From positions 1 through 64,000 of the forward strand of contig JANRJK010000036.1 of the NCBI GenBank assembly GCA_033764015.1: a stretch of 64,000 nt of DNA, given 5' to 3'. Positions 10,516-18,755 of the stretch are shown here, one piece after another. A program made the translations under genes and the position numbers. Each line of letters starts with the position of its first letter. Positions within the stretch are counted from its first letter, which is position 1. A model generated the notes under the pieces. The model did not search any database. It was given only the letters and a program-made list of their open reading frames with translations, and was not told where the DNA came from. Origin of the DNA: Candidatus Sumerlaeia bacterium (GTDB lineage Bacteria > Sumerlaeota > Sumerlaeia > SLMS01 > JANRJK01).

Positions 10516-10662
10516 GGCGGAAACCTCGATGGTCTAGACAGGCTGCCCGAAGGATGGGGCAGGCAGGTGCCACTCCTCAACCGGGATCGGTCCCGGAGGG
10601 GCGCAGCGGCGGGAAAACACTGAATAGCATATAGGGGCAATTCCCGAGACGGGGGGACGCTG

Positions 10663-12483
10663 CTACGGAAGGACCGTCCAGATTCCAGAAGTGTGCTCGT
10701 GGTCGCAAAGCGCCGCGACCGTACCGTCCGCTGCGCGCTCCGAAGGCATTTCCACCCACTTCTCGCCATCCCAGCGGTGCGGGCGCCCGGCCCCGCCGTC
10801 CGGCGAGCGGAACACGAGGCGGAGCCGGTAGCCCGCCGCTCCGTAATTCGTATCCACGGAGAAGTGCCCTGCGGCCGCTTCCGCCCCGGGGTGCGGCGCG
10901 GCTCCCGGGAACCGGACGACATCGAGCCACTCGAGCGTGCCCTTCGAGCCAAGCGGCGTCGCCTCGACGCGCCAGCCATCCGCGCGGTTCGCGAAGACGG
11001 CCGTGGTGCCCTCCGCCAACGGACGCCGTTCGCCGATCCCGCCCTTGAAGACGACTTTCGTGTCCTTCGAGAAGGGTTGCTCGGTGTCGGGGTCCAGCAC
11101 CACCGCGCCATCGGGCCCCACAAGCACCTCGCCGCCGGCGCCAACGGAACGGACAGCGCCCTTGCGGAAGCGGAGCCGCGTGCGGTCGCGCACTTCGACG
11201 CGGAGCGGCAGCCCGCCGAGGTCGCCCGCCGACGGCCACTCGGAGAAGACGTTGAAGTCCCCTTGGCAAGCGTAGACCAGCACGGACTCGGGACCGAACA
11301 CGGGGGCGTTCTCCGGCTGGGGGAAGTACCCGCCCCGCATGAGGCGCAGTTCCCCGGAAACGCTCGAGGGCGGCTCGAGGGCGAGCGGCGCCAACCCGAG
11401 GCCGCCGCCGATCAGGAGGTTGTGGAACTCGCTCGCCACCGGCACGAAGCCCCGTCCGGTGAAATGGATCGTGGACGTTCCGGCGTCGAACAGGCCCAGC
11501 CGGGCGAAGCTGCCGCCATCGGCGAGGCTGATCTTGGCCGCCCCTCCCTTGAGCAGGCCGCCGCGCTCGATGATGAGGGACGCCAGCGCCAAGTCCCCGG
11601 ACAGCGCGTAGCGGTGCCGCGCCAAGACCACCAGGTTGTCGTGCGGTCCGTCGCCGGGCAGCATCCCCCCCGACCACGAGGTGGGGTCCGAAGTGTCCAG
11701 CGCGCCTTCGCCGGTGCTCCAGACGGGGAACGAGTTGATGTAGGCCCGGGTGCCCGGATTGATCCCGTCGAGGATCGGGAAGCAGTACCAGCCGTTGAAG
11801 ACCGGCGCGAGCGTGGACGTGCCGCTGCCACCGGTCGAGCCCGAGGGCATTTCGAATCCCTGGCCGACGAAGTTGCCGCGGTCGGGCGTCAGGTAGTAGT
11901 TCCATCCGGTGTCGCCGCCGGCCCATAGGAAGTGGCTGAAGTAGCCGAGGCGCTCCGGACGGCCGCCGAGCGCCTCCCAAGGGAGGGCGAACTCGACAAG
12001 GCGCTGCTTGCGGTTCAGGACGTGCCCGACCTCGTGCTCGGTGCGGGCCCAAGCGCCGTCGTTGGCGGCGAGGAGGGCGCACTCCTTTCCGTCGAGGCGG
12101 AACAGGAGCGCGAAGTCCGCCGCGAAGGGCAGCTTCGGCTGGTGGCCGATGGCGCCCAGCCGAAGCCCGGTCGTCGTGCCCGCGCCCGCGCGCGGGTCCT
12201 CCCGCCGCGGATCCATGTCGAAGTACGCCACTAGGAAATGCTGGTCTGATTCGACCTGCTCGGAGGTCTCCGCGAAGTCGTCCGCCAACGATGCCAGCGT
12301 GGCCCCGCTGGCGTCCCAGGTGAAGTACCAGCGCGGGTACATCGAGGGCGTCAGGTCGGTGGTTCGCAGCCGCTCCGATTCGTCATAGGTGTGCTCGCCG
12401 TCCATCGGCTCCGTGCGCGGCGTGATGGCCGGGCTGGCGGCGGCGATGGCGAGCAGGAGGGCGGAGGCGGCGAGGCGGCACAT
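10663..12483 (-). CDS. Secreted hypothetical protein (N-terminal DOMON/CBM9-like region, then beta-rich region)
   Basis: Signal peptide MCRLAASALLLAIAAASPA and an RBS. YFTWD...FDMDP...VEFALPWEALG resembles DOMON-like carbohydrate-binding domains (inference). Confidence 0.7.
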   Translation of the reverse strand: MCRLAASALLLAIAAASPAITPRTEPMDGEHTYDESERLRTTDLTPSMYPRWYFTWDASGATLASLADDFAETSEQVESDQHFLVAYFDMDPRREDPRAGAGTTTGLRLGAIGHQPKLPFAADFALLFRLDGKECALLAANDGAWARTEHEVGHVLNRKQRLVEFALPWEALGGRPERLGYFSHFLWAGGDTGWNYYLTPDRGNFVGQGFEMPSGSTGGSGTSTLAPVFNGWYCFPILDGINPGTRAYINSFPVWSTGEGALDTSDPTSWSGGMLPGDGPHDNLVVLARHRYALSGDLALASLIIERGGLLKGGAAKISLADGGSFARLGLFDAGTSTIHFTGRGFVPVASEFHNLLIGGGLGLAPLALEPPSSVSGELRLMRGGYFPQPENAPVFGPESVLVYACQGDFNVFSEWPSAGDLGGLPLRVEVRDRTRLRFRKGAVRSVGAGGEVLVGPDGAVVLDPDTEQPFSKDTKVVFKGGIGERRPLAEGTTAVFANRADGWRVEATPLGSKGTLEWLDVVRFPGAAPHPGAEAAAGHFSVDTNYGAAGYRLRLVFRSPDGGAGRPHRWDGEKWVEMPSERAADGTVAALCDHEHTSGIWTVLP

Positions 12484-12576
12484 GGAGGAAACTCCGGGGT
12501 TTCAGGGAGGGAACACCCTTAAAGGTCATGAATCTCCGGTGACGTGGTTGGCGAGGGGAATCCCCTCACTTACCGC

Positions 12577-13647
12577 TCAGGGCGTATAGTCCACCGCCGC
12601 GGGGACGGAGAGGACGAACGCCGTAAGCAGTGCGCACACCTGCTCGATCTCCTCCCACACGGCGACCTCGACGCTGGTGTGCATGTAGCGGAGCGAGTTC
12701 GAGACGGTGGCGACCGGGACTCCGGCGCGGACTTCGGCGGCGGGATCGGCGTCGGTCCCGTGGCGGCCGGTCTCCGCTTCGAGGCGGACCGGGATTCCGG
12801 CGGCCTCCCCGGCGGCGCGGATCGCCGCCACAAGCTTCTTCGACGAGCTGACGCCGATGTTGACGATCGGGCCTTCGCCGAGGGCGAACTTGCCGGCGCG
12901 CCGCGCGTCGATGCCCGGGGTGTCGGTGGCGTGCGAAACGTCGATGGCGATGGCGGCGGTGGGATTCACGTCGAAGGCCACGAGCCGCGCGCCCCACGCG
13001 CCGCACTCCTCCTGCACCGTCGAGGCCGAGTGGAGCGTAGCGGCCAGTTCGCCCTGGCGGGCGGCGCAGCGCCGGAGCACCTCCAGGGCGACGAAGGAGC
13101 CGAACTTGTTGTCGACGTCGCGCGCGGCGAAGCGCCCGTTGAGCAGCTCGACCGCGTCGCCGCCGATGACGCCGGGGGTGCCGATCGGCGCGTGGGCTTC
13201 CGCCTGCGCGCGGTCCGCCGCGCCGATGTCGATGAAGAGGTCCGTCAGCTCGATCGACTTCTTGTCGCGCTCGTCCCCCTTCATCAGATGGACCGCGGTG
13301 CGGCCGATCACGCCGTTGATCAAGCCCCTCGGCCCAAGCAGGCGGACGCGCTGGTTCACGAGCGTCGGCGTGTCGATGCCGCCGATCGGCTTGAAGTAGA
13401 TGAACCCGTTGTCGTCGATGTAGTGGACCAGCACGCCGATCTCGTCCGCGTGGCCCATCAGCAGGATCGACGGTCCGCCGGGCTTGCCGTCGAGCGTGGC
13501 GATGACACTGCCTTGCGTGTTGGTGCGGACCTTCGGCGTGTGCCGGAGCGCCTCGGCGCGCCAGAGCGCCTGGACATCCTGCTCGAAGCCGGAGGGGCTC
13601 GGGGTGTTCAGCAGCGAAAGGAGGAACTGGCGGCGGTCCTTGTCCAT
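12577..13647 (-). CDS. M42 family metallo-aminopeptidase
   Basis: Metal-ligand motifs PSPSGFE, GHADEIG, RDVDNK, VQEECG, IDVSH and RYMHT. Confidence 0.93.
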   Translation of the reverse strand: MDKDRRQFLLSLLNTPSPSGFEQDVQALWRAEALRHTPKVRTNTQGSVIATLDGKPGGPSILLMGHADEIGVLVHYIDDNGFIYFKPIGGIDTPTLVNQRVRLLGPRGLINGVIGRTAVHLMKGDERDKKSIELTDLFIDIGAADRAQAEAHAPIGTPGVIGGDAVELLNGRFAARDVDNKFGSFVALEVLRRCAARQGELAATLHSASTVQEECGAWGARLVAFDVNPTAAIAIDVSHATDTPGIDARRAGKFALGEGPIVNIGVSSSKKLVAAIRAAGEAAGIPVRLEAETGRHGTDADPAAEVRAGVPVATVSNSLRYMHTSVEVAVWEEIEQVCALLTAFVLSVPAAVDYTP

Positions 13648-13705
13648 GGTCGGGGTCTCCGGAGGTCTGTTGCGCGGAACGATGCGGGATGGCGCGGGGA
13701 GGGGC

Positions 13706-13742
13706 AAAAAAGAAACGGCCCGGATCGAGCGATCCGGGCCGT
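13706..13742 (-). terminator. Rho-independent terminator of the lipoprotein gene
   Basis: Stem acggcccggatcg/cgatccgggccgt next to an A-tract (U-tract on the minus strand). Confidence 0.75.
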
Positions 13743-13765
13743 CGTGGAAAGCGGGGAGCGGGAGG

Positions 13766-14305
13766 TTACGCCTTCTCGCCGCCGTCCTTCTTGTCGTCCT
13801 TCTTCTCGAAGTCGTCCTCGATGCCCTCGTCGAACTCCATGTCGTCGTCGAGGGACGCGAAGTCGTCGTCGTCCTCGTCGCCGGACTTGGAGCGGAGCAG
13901 GAAGAAGATAGCGCCGACGATCGCCAGGATCACGACGATGAGGAGGAAGCCGGTGAGGTACTTGCCGAAGCCGCCCGATTCCGCCTCCGCCTTCTCGCGC
14001 GCGGTGATCTCGCTCTCGATAGTGTTGAGCTGCTCGTTGAGCGTCTGGACCGCGAAGCGGAGCTGGTCGACCGACTCCTGCTGGCGCTCCATCGCGATGC
14101 TGAGGGTCTGGACGGTGGAGGACAGCTTGCGGTTCTCCTCCTCCGTGCGGGCGAGGCTCTGCTGGACTCGCTCGGCGGAGCCGCGGGCGGTGTTGAGGAT
14201 CTGCTCGCGGTCCTGCGCGAGGGTCTGCTCGCGCTTGGTTTCGCCGCAGCCGGCGAGGAAGAGGAGGCCGATCAGGAGAGCCGCCAGAAAGCGGGTGGGA
14301 GTCAC
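13766..14305 (-). CDS. Lipoprotein with coiled coil, C-terminal TM helix and acidic tail
   Basis: Lipobox LAGC; helical Q/E/R-rich segment; TM segment YLTGFLLIVVILAIVGAIFFLL; D/E-rich tail; GGAGG RBS. Confidence 0.85.
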   Translation of the reverse strand: MTPTRFLAALLIGLLFLAGCGETKREQTLAQDREQILNTARGSAERVQQSLARTEEENRKLSSTVQTLSIAMERQQESVDQLRFAVQTLNEQLNTIESEITAREKAEAESGGFGKYLTGFLLIVVILAIVGAIFFLLRSKSGDEDDDDFASLDDDMEFDEGIEDDFEKKDDKKDGGEKA

Positions 14306-14597
14306 GTTTGGATTCCTCCAGGAAAGGGTCCCCGGGCGGGGAAGGTTTGAGGATGAAGCGCTTGCGCCTAGTGGCAGACAGGAAGCGCCCGGCGACTGCT
14401 CGGGTCAACCGCGAAACCGGCGTGGCCGGCGGCCGCGCCGGAAGCCTTTCGCGCCCCCCGGTCGCGGGTTGACCCCGCTGGGCTTTGCCGTTGACGATAC
14501 GGCTGTTCCGGCACCTACTCGACCTTCAGTGGCGGACAGCGACTCCACGCGCGGGCGGCCCCCCACGGGTCGGCACGCGACGAAGCCCCCCGATCCC

Positions 14598-15212
14598 ATG
14601 CCCATCATCAACTACCGGACCCGCGAGATAAACTGCAAGATCGTCTATGTCGGTCCGTCCCTCGGCGGCAAGACGACCAATATCCAGCGGATCCACGAGA
14701 TGATCCCGGTCCGGAACCGGACCGACCTGCAGAGCATCGACACCGAAGGCGACCGCACGCTCTTCTTCGACTACTTCTCGATGGATCTGGACGACATCGC
14801 AGGCTTCAAGACGAAGTTCCTCATCTACGGCGTCCCCGGCCAGCCCTACTACCGCTCCACCCGCAAGATGGTCCTGAACGGCGTCGACGGCCTCGTCTTC
14901 GTCGCCGACTCGGACAAGAGCCGCCTGCCGGACAACGTGGAGTCCCTCGAGGACCTCCGCGGCATGCTCCAAGAGTACGGCTACGACTACCACACGATCC
15001 CGCTCGTCTACCAGTACAACAAGCGCGACCTGTTCTTCATCACCCCGATCGAGGAGTTCGAGGACCTGCTCAACGACCGCGGCTGCCGCAGCTTCGAGGC
15101 GATCGCCATCGAGAACGTGGGCGTGGTCGAGACGTTCCGGGCGGTCTGCGCGGAGGTCATCGCGAAGCTGAACGCCACACTGGCCGCCCAGTTCGGGAGC
15201 TACAACCCGTGA
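14598..15212 (+). CDS. mglA: MglA-family small Ras-like GTPase
   Basis: INYRTREINCKIVYVGPSLGGKTTN, DRTLFFD, VPGQ, GVDGLVFVADS and NKRDL. Confidence 0.92.
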   Translation: MPIINYRTREINCKIVYVGPSLGGKTTNIQRIHEMIPVRNRTDLQSIDTEGDRTLFFDYFSMDLDDIAGFKTKFLIYGVPGQPYYRSTRKMVLNGVDGLVFVADSDKSRLPDNVESLEDLRGMLQEYGYDYHTIPLVYQYNKRDLFFITPIEEFEDLLNDRGCRSFEAIAIENVGVVETFRAVCAEVIAKLNATLAAQFGSYNP

Positions 15213-15802
15213 CGCCGACCCCGCCCTCCTCCTCCGGAAAGACCCCGCTGCCCCTCAGCGACACCCAGACGATCCTCCAACCCCCGTCGGCCCGGCTCCA
15301 GTCCCGCAACCCCGCCGGCACCGGCTTCATCGTCCTGCCGGAGCCGGAGCTGGAGGAGCTCGAGCGGCTGTTGGACGAACTGATCGCCAAGGCCCCCGCG
15401 CGCTGCGGGCTGGTCCTGGACCGCACCGGGATGATCCTTTCGAACTCCGGCGACTTCCACCCGATCACGCCCCAAGTCATGGGCGCCACCGCCGCCGGCA
15501 TCATCGCCGCGCTCAACACCATGGTGGCCCGCGCCGCCAGCCAGGAGATCCACGTCCGCTTCTACGGTTCCGACGTGGACCGCATCCATTTCCTCCTCCT
15601 CGGCGAGCGCATGATCCTGTGCCTCCTGCTGTCCCGGGGCACCAACAGCACCTCCGTCCGCAACGCCGTGCGCCAGTTCGCCTCGCGCATGTCCCCCCTC
15701 CTCGAGCGCTACCGCCCCGACAAGAAGCAGGGCGAAGAGCTGATGAAGAGCGTGAAGTTCATCGAGTCGAAGCTGGACTCGTTGTTCAAGGACAAGGGCT
15801 AG
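15209..15802 (+). CDS. Roadblock/LC7 (MglB-like) protein
   Basis: ARCGLVLDRTGMILSNSG...MGATAAG roadblock pattern; start overlaps the mglA stop (GTGA). Confidence 0.8.
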   Translation: MTPTPPSSSGKTPLPLSDTQTILQPPSARLQSRNPAGTGFIVLPEPELEELERLLDELIAKAPARCGLVLDRTGMILSNSGDFHPITPQVMGATAAGIIAALNTMVARAASQEIHVRFYGSDVDRIHFLLLGERMILCLLLSRGTNSTSVRNAVRQFASRMSPLLERYRPDKKQGEELMKSVKFIESKLDSLFKDKG

Positions 15803-15827
15803 CCGGACCCCCCGAAACCCCCAACAG

Positions 15828-15937
15828 GTTATCCACAGGCCACCGTGGGCGGTGCATCCGTCCGCAGTGCTGGAATTCGTCTAGTTGCCTCCCGCGGGAT
15901 TCCGGACGCGGGAAATCGACAAAAAGTTATCCACAGG
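15828..15937 (+). promoter_or_regulatory. Two perfect DnaA boxes (TTATCCACA)
   Basis: GTTATCCACAGG at 15828-15839 and 15926-15937, in an intergenic region that is less GC-rich than its flanks. Confidence 0.7.
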
Positions 15938-16112
15938 TTCGCGAATCGGCGATTTTGTTCTTGACGCGATTCCTCAGGCCCTCACAGCGTGCCATGTAAT
16001 TACGCGCCGTCAAAACTCTTGACCCGTAACCAAGGCGGAACGGGGTAAGCCGGACGGAAAGGGCCAAGAGGCTCAGGCGCGTCACCAACTCCTTTCAGAA
16101 AGGTACGCACTC

Positions 16113-16571
16113 ATGGCAGAGGACGTCACCAAGGAAGCGGGGACCGCCGGAGAAGCAAAGCCCGCCGGCAAGAAGGCCCCCGCCAAGAAGCCCGCCGCCA
16201 AGAAGCCGGCGGCCAAGAAGACCGTGGCGAAGGCCGACACCGCCAAGAAGGCTCCGACGGCGAAGAAGGCCACCGCCGCCAAGAAGCCCGCAGCGGCCAA
16301 GAAGCCCGCAGCCAAGAAGACCACGGCCAAGGCCACCACCGCGAAGAAGGCTGTCGCGAAGAAGCCCGCCGCCGCGAAGAAGGCAGCACCCGCCAAGAAG
16401 GCGACCACCGCCAAGAAGGCTCCGGTCGCGAAGAAGACCACCGCCGCCAAGAAGCCCGCGGCCGCCAAGAAGGCCGCCGCTCCGAAGAAGGCCGCCAAGG
16501 CCGAGACCAATCCGACCATGAAGAAGGCTCCGGTCAAGAAGGCCATCGCCCCGAAGAAGAAGCCCGCCTGA
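16113..16571 (+). CDS. Histone H1-like Lys/Ala-rich repeat protein (Hc2/BpH1-like nucleoid protein)
   Basis: Nearly the whole protein is KKPAA/KKAPA/KKTTA pentapeptide repeats; AAAGG RBS; own terminator. Confidence 0.85.
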   Translation: MAEDVTKEAGTAGEAKPAGKKAPAKKPAAKKPAAKKTVAKADTAKKAPTAKKATAAKKPAAAKKPAAKKTTAKATTAKKAVAKKPAAAKKAAPAKKATTAKKAPVAKKTTAAKKPAAAKKAAAPKKAAKAETNPTMKKAPVKKAIAPKKKPA

Positions 16572-16597
16572 GCCGCGGCGCGCCGCGAACCTCGACG

Positions 16598-16630
16598 ACC
16601 CCGCGGCAGCCCCGGCCGCGGGGTTTTTTT
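16598..16630 (+). terminator. Rho-independent terminator
   Basis: Stem accccgcggc/gccgcggggt followed by a T run. Confidence 0.85.
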
Positions 16631-16693
16631 GTGCCCTGCGCGCCCCGCCTTGGCCGTTGCGGCGCCGGTGCTCGCACCGCAACCTCGCCCCCC

Positions 16694-17659
16694 ATGGCCG
16701 ACCTCCCCTTCGACAGCCGCGTCCGCTACCTCGGAGTCCTCGCAGCGCTCGACTGCGCCGGCCTCTCGTCCGGGCGCGTCCTCGATGTGGGCGGTTTCCC
16801 CGGCGCCTTCGCCCGCTTCTGCGCCGCCAACGGCGCGCCCTTCACGGTCCACACCGCGGACACCGCGCAAGGGGACCTCGAGAACTACACGCGCCTGGCC
16901 CCCGGCGCGCCGCTCCCCTTTCCGGACCGCGCCTTCGACGCCGTCGTCTCCGTAGACACCCTCGAGCACGTGCCCACGCCGGCGCGCCACGGCTTCCTGG
17001 CCGAGCTCTGCCGCGCCGCGGACCGCGCCGTGGTCGTCGCCGCGCCCTTCCACCACGACGCGACCGCCGCCGCGGAGCAGGCGCTCGACGCGCTCCACCG
17101 CCAGGTGCGCGGCGCCCCGCACCCTTGGCTCTCCGAGCACCGCGAGCACGGACTGCCCCGTGTCGCCCCCTTCCTCGCCGCCATCCCTCCGGAGTTCCGG
17201 CTCGAGGCGGCGCGCCCGAACGCGCCCCTCCTCCCTTGGACGCTCTGGCAGGCCTTCGAGCTAGCGCGCCAGTTCCGCGACGCCTTCGAAGAGCCCGCTC
17301 GGCATTGGGACTCGGCGTGCAACTCGTCCATCGCCGACGGCTCGTTCCCCGCGGGAGCGCTTCCCTACCGGGTGGTGTGGACGCTCCGTCGCGGAGGCGT
17401 CGAGCAGCCGCTCCCGGCGTTCCTCGCGGAGTTCGAATCGCACGGCGGGGCCGACGCCGCGCTGGCGCCGGCGCTCGCCGGGATGCTGGGCGCGCTGGTC
17501 GCCGCGGCGGCGGTGCCCGCCGGCGCCGACGTGCTCCGCCACGCCATCGACGAGCGCCTCGCCGCCGCCATGCGCCTGCTGGAGCAGCAGGCGGGCCGCC
17601 GCGGCCCCGCCGCCGACGGACCGCGCCGCTGGAGCTGGTTCCGCCGGGAGCCCGATTGA
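16694..17659 (+). CDS. Class I SAM-dependent methyltransferase (probably surface-glycan related)
   Basis: RVLDVGGFPG, LPFPDRAFDAVVSVDTLEHVP and LSEHREHGLP. Confidence 0.85.
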   Translation: MADLPFDSRVRYLGVLAALDCAGLSSGRVLDVGGFPGAFARFCAANGAPFTVHTADTAQGDLENYTRLAPGAPLPFPDRAFDAVVSVDTLEHVPTPARHGFLAELCRAADRAVVVAAPFHHDATAAAEQALDALHRQVRGAPHPWLSEHREHGLPRVAPFLAAIPPEFRLEAARPNAPLLPWTLWQAFELARQFRDAFEEPARHWDSACNSSIADGSFPAGALPYRVVWTLRRGGVEQPLPAFLAEFESHGGADAALAPALAGMLGALVAAAAVPAGADVLRHAIDERLAAAMRLLEQQAGRRGPAADGPRRWSWFRREPD

Positions 17660-17661
17660 GC

Positions 17662-18084
17662 ATGCCCCCCACCGCCCTCGTCGTGGGACTCAACGACTCC
17701 GCCTGCCTGGGCGGCGGCTGGCACGAACGCGAACGCGACGGACGCTGCGGCCTCCCCTACCGCGCGACCGGACCCTCCGCGGAGCTCCGCCTCGCGCCCG
17801 CTCCCGGAGCGCGGGGCCTGGCCCTTCTGGTCGCCGCCCCGGTGGACCTGCTTGGCGCTCCCGCGAGGGGGGCCCTGCTGATCGAGGCGGGCGCCGTCCC
17901 CCTGCGCGCGCCGCTCGAGCTGCGCCACGACGGGTGGGTGCTCCGCCGCTTCCCCCTCAAGGATCCCCGGGGCGTGATCGCCATCCGCCTCGAAGCGGAC
18001 CGCGCCATCGTCCCGGACCACGCGCTCCGCAACGGCGACGGGCGCGCGCTCGGCTGGTTCGTCTCCGCCGTGTGGCAGGAGTAG
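17662..18084 (+). CDS. Hypothetical beta-sandwich protein
   Basis: ATG 2 bp after the upstream stop. LGGGWHERE...YRAT...DGRALG resembles accessory domains of glycosyltransferases (inference). Confidence 0.65.
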   Translation: MPPTALVVGLNDSACLGGGWHERERDGRCGLPYRATGPSAELRLAPAPGARGLALLVAAPVDLLGAPARGALLIEAGAVPLRAPLELRHDGWVLRRFPLKDPRGVIAIRLEADRAIVPDHALRNGDGRALGWFVSAVWQE

Positions 18085-18091
18085 CCCGCAC

Positions 18092-18751
18092 ATGGAGCCG
18101 CGCTCCGAGTTCCCCCTCTGGCTCGAATGGAGCGGCCTCCCCGAGGCGCTCTACGCGTCCTCCCGCGGAGCGGTGCCTTGGGCGCTCTTCCGCCGCGTGG
18201 TCGAACTGGACGTGGCGCGCAACGGCTCGCGCCCCGATGTCGTCGAGATCAGCCCCGCCGGGCTCGCCGCCATGATCGGCGTCCCGGCTCAGCGTGTGCG
18301 TCCGCTCGTGGGATCGCTGCGCAAGGCGGGGCTGCTCCGCGCGTTCCTGCCCGACGATGACGCGGAGCCGGGCCTGTTCCAGGTGATCGTTCCGGTCCGT
18401 ACGCCGGTGCCCGCGGAGGAGCTGTTGCGCACGCGGCCCGAGCTGGCGAACGCGACGCTCGAGGACCTCCGCTACGCCACGGAACCCGGCGCGCGCCCGG
18501 AGCGCGAAGAGCGCGTGAAGCGCGTGGTCGACCTGTACCTCGACATCTTCTCGATGAAGCTGAACTCGTTCGTGCTGGACCAGTTGCGCATCATCGCTGA
18601 GCGCTACGAGCCGCGGCTCGTCGAGCGGGTGTTCTCGCTCGCGCGCAAGCGCGAAGCGGCCACGCTGTCGTGGGTGCTTTCGGAGATCCGCCGCGAGGAC
18701 GCCGCGCGCCGCGCCGCGGAGGACGGCGGCGGCGGGGCCGGGGTCGGCTAG
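18092..18751 (+). CDS. DnaD-like protein (N-terminal winged helix plus C-terminal DnaB_2/DnaD-like domain)
   Basis: HTH-like ISPAGLAAMIGVPAQRVRPLVGSLRKAGLL; C-terminal VVDLYLDIFSMKLNSFVLDQLRIIAERYEPRLVERVFSLARKREAATLSWVLSEI. Confidence 0.6.
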   Translation: MEPRSEFPLWLEWSGLPEALYASSRGAVPWALFRRVVELDVARNGSRPDVVEISPAGLAAMIGVPAQRVRPLVGSLRKAGLLRAFLPDDDAEPGLFQVIVPVRTPVPAEELLRTRPELANATLEDLRYATEPGARPEREERVKRVVDLYLDIFSMKLNSFVLDQLRIIAERYEPRLVERVFSLARKREAATLSWVLSEIRREDAARRAAEDGGGGAGVG

Positions 18752-18755
18752 GGCG

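Noticed and set aside
10663..10700. C-terminus HTSGIWTVLP as a fifth instance of the C-terminal sorting motif
   Set aside because: It lacks the linker and looks like the last strand of the folded domain (compare FSTFWVG before the adhesin tail). Left as ambiguous.
14402..14474. Imperfect inverted repeat (gggtcaaccgcga...tcgcgggttgaccc) between the lipoprotein gene and mglA
   Set aside because: It is explainable as back-to-back TTGAC -35 elements of divergent promoters in GC-rich DNA, with no known riboswitch motif.
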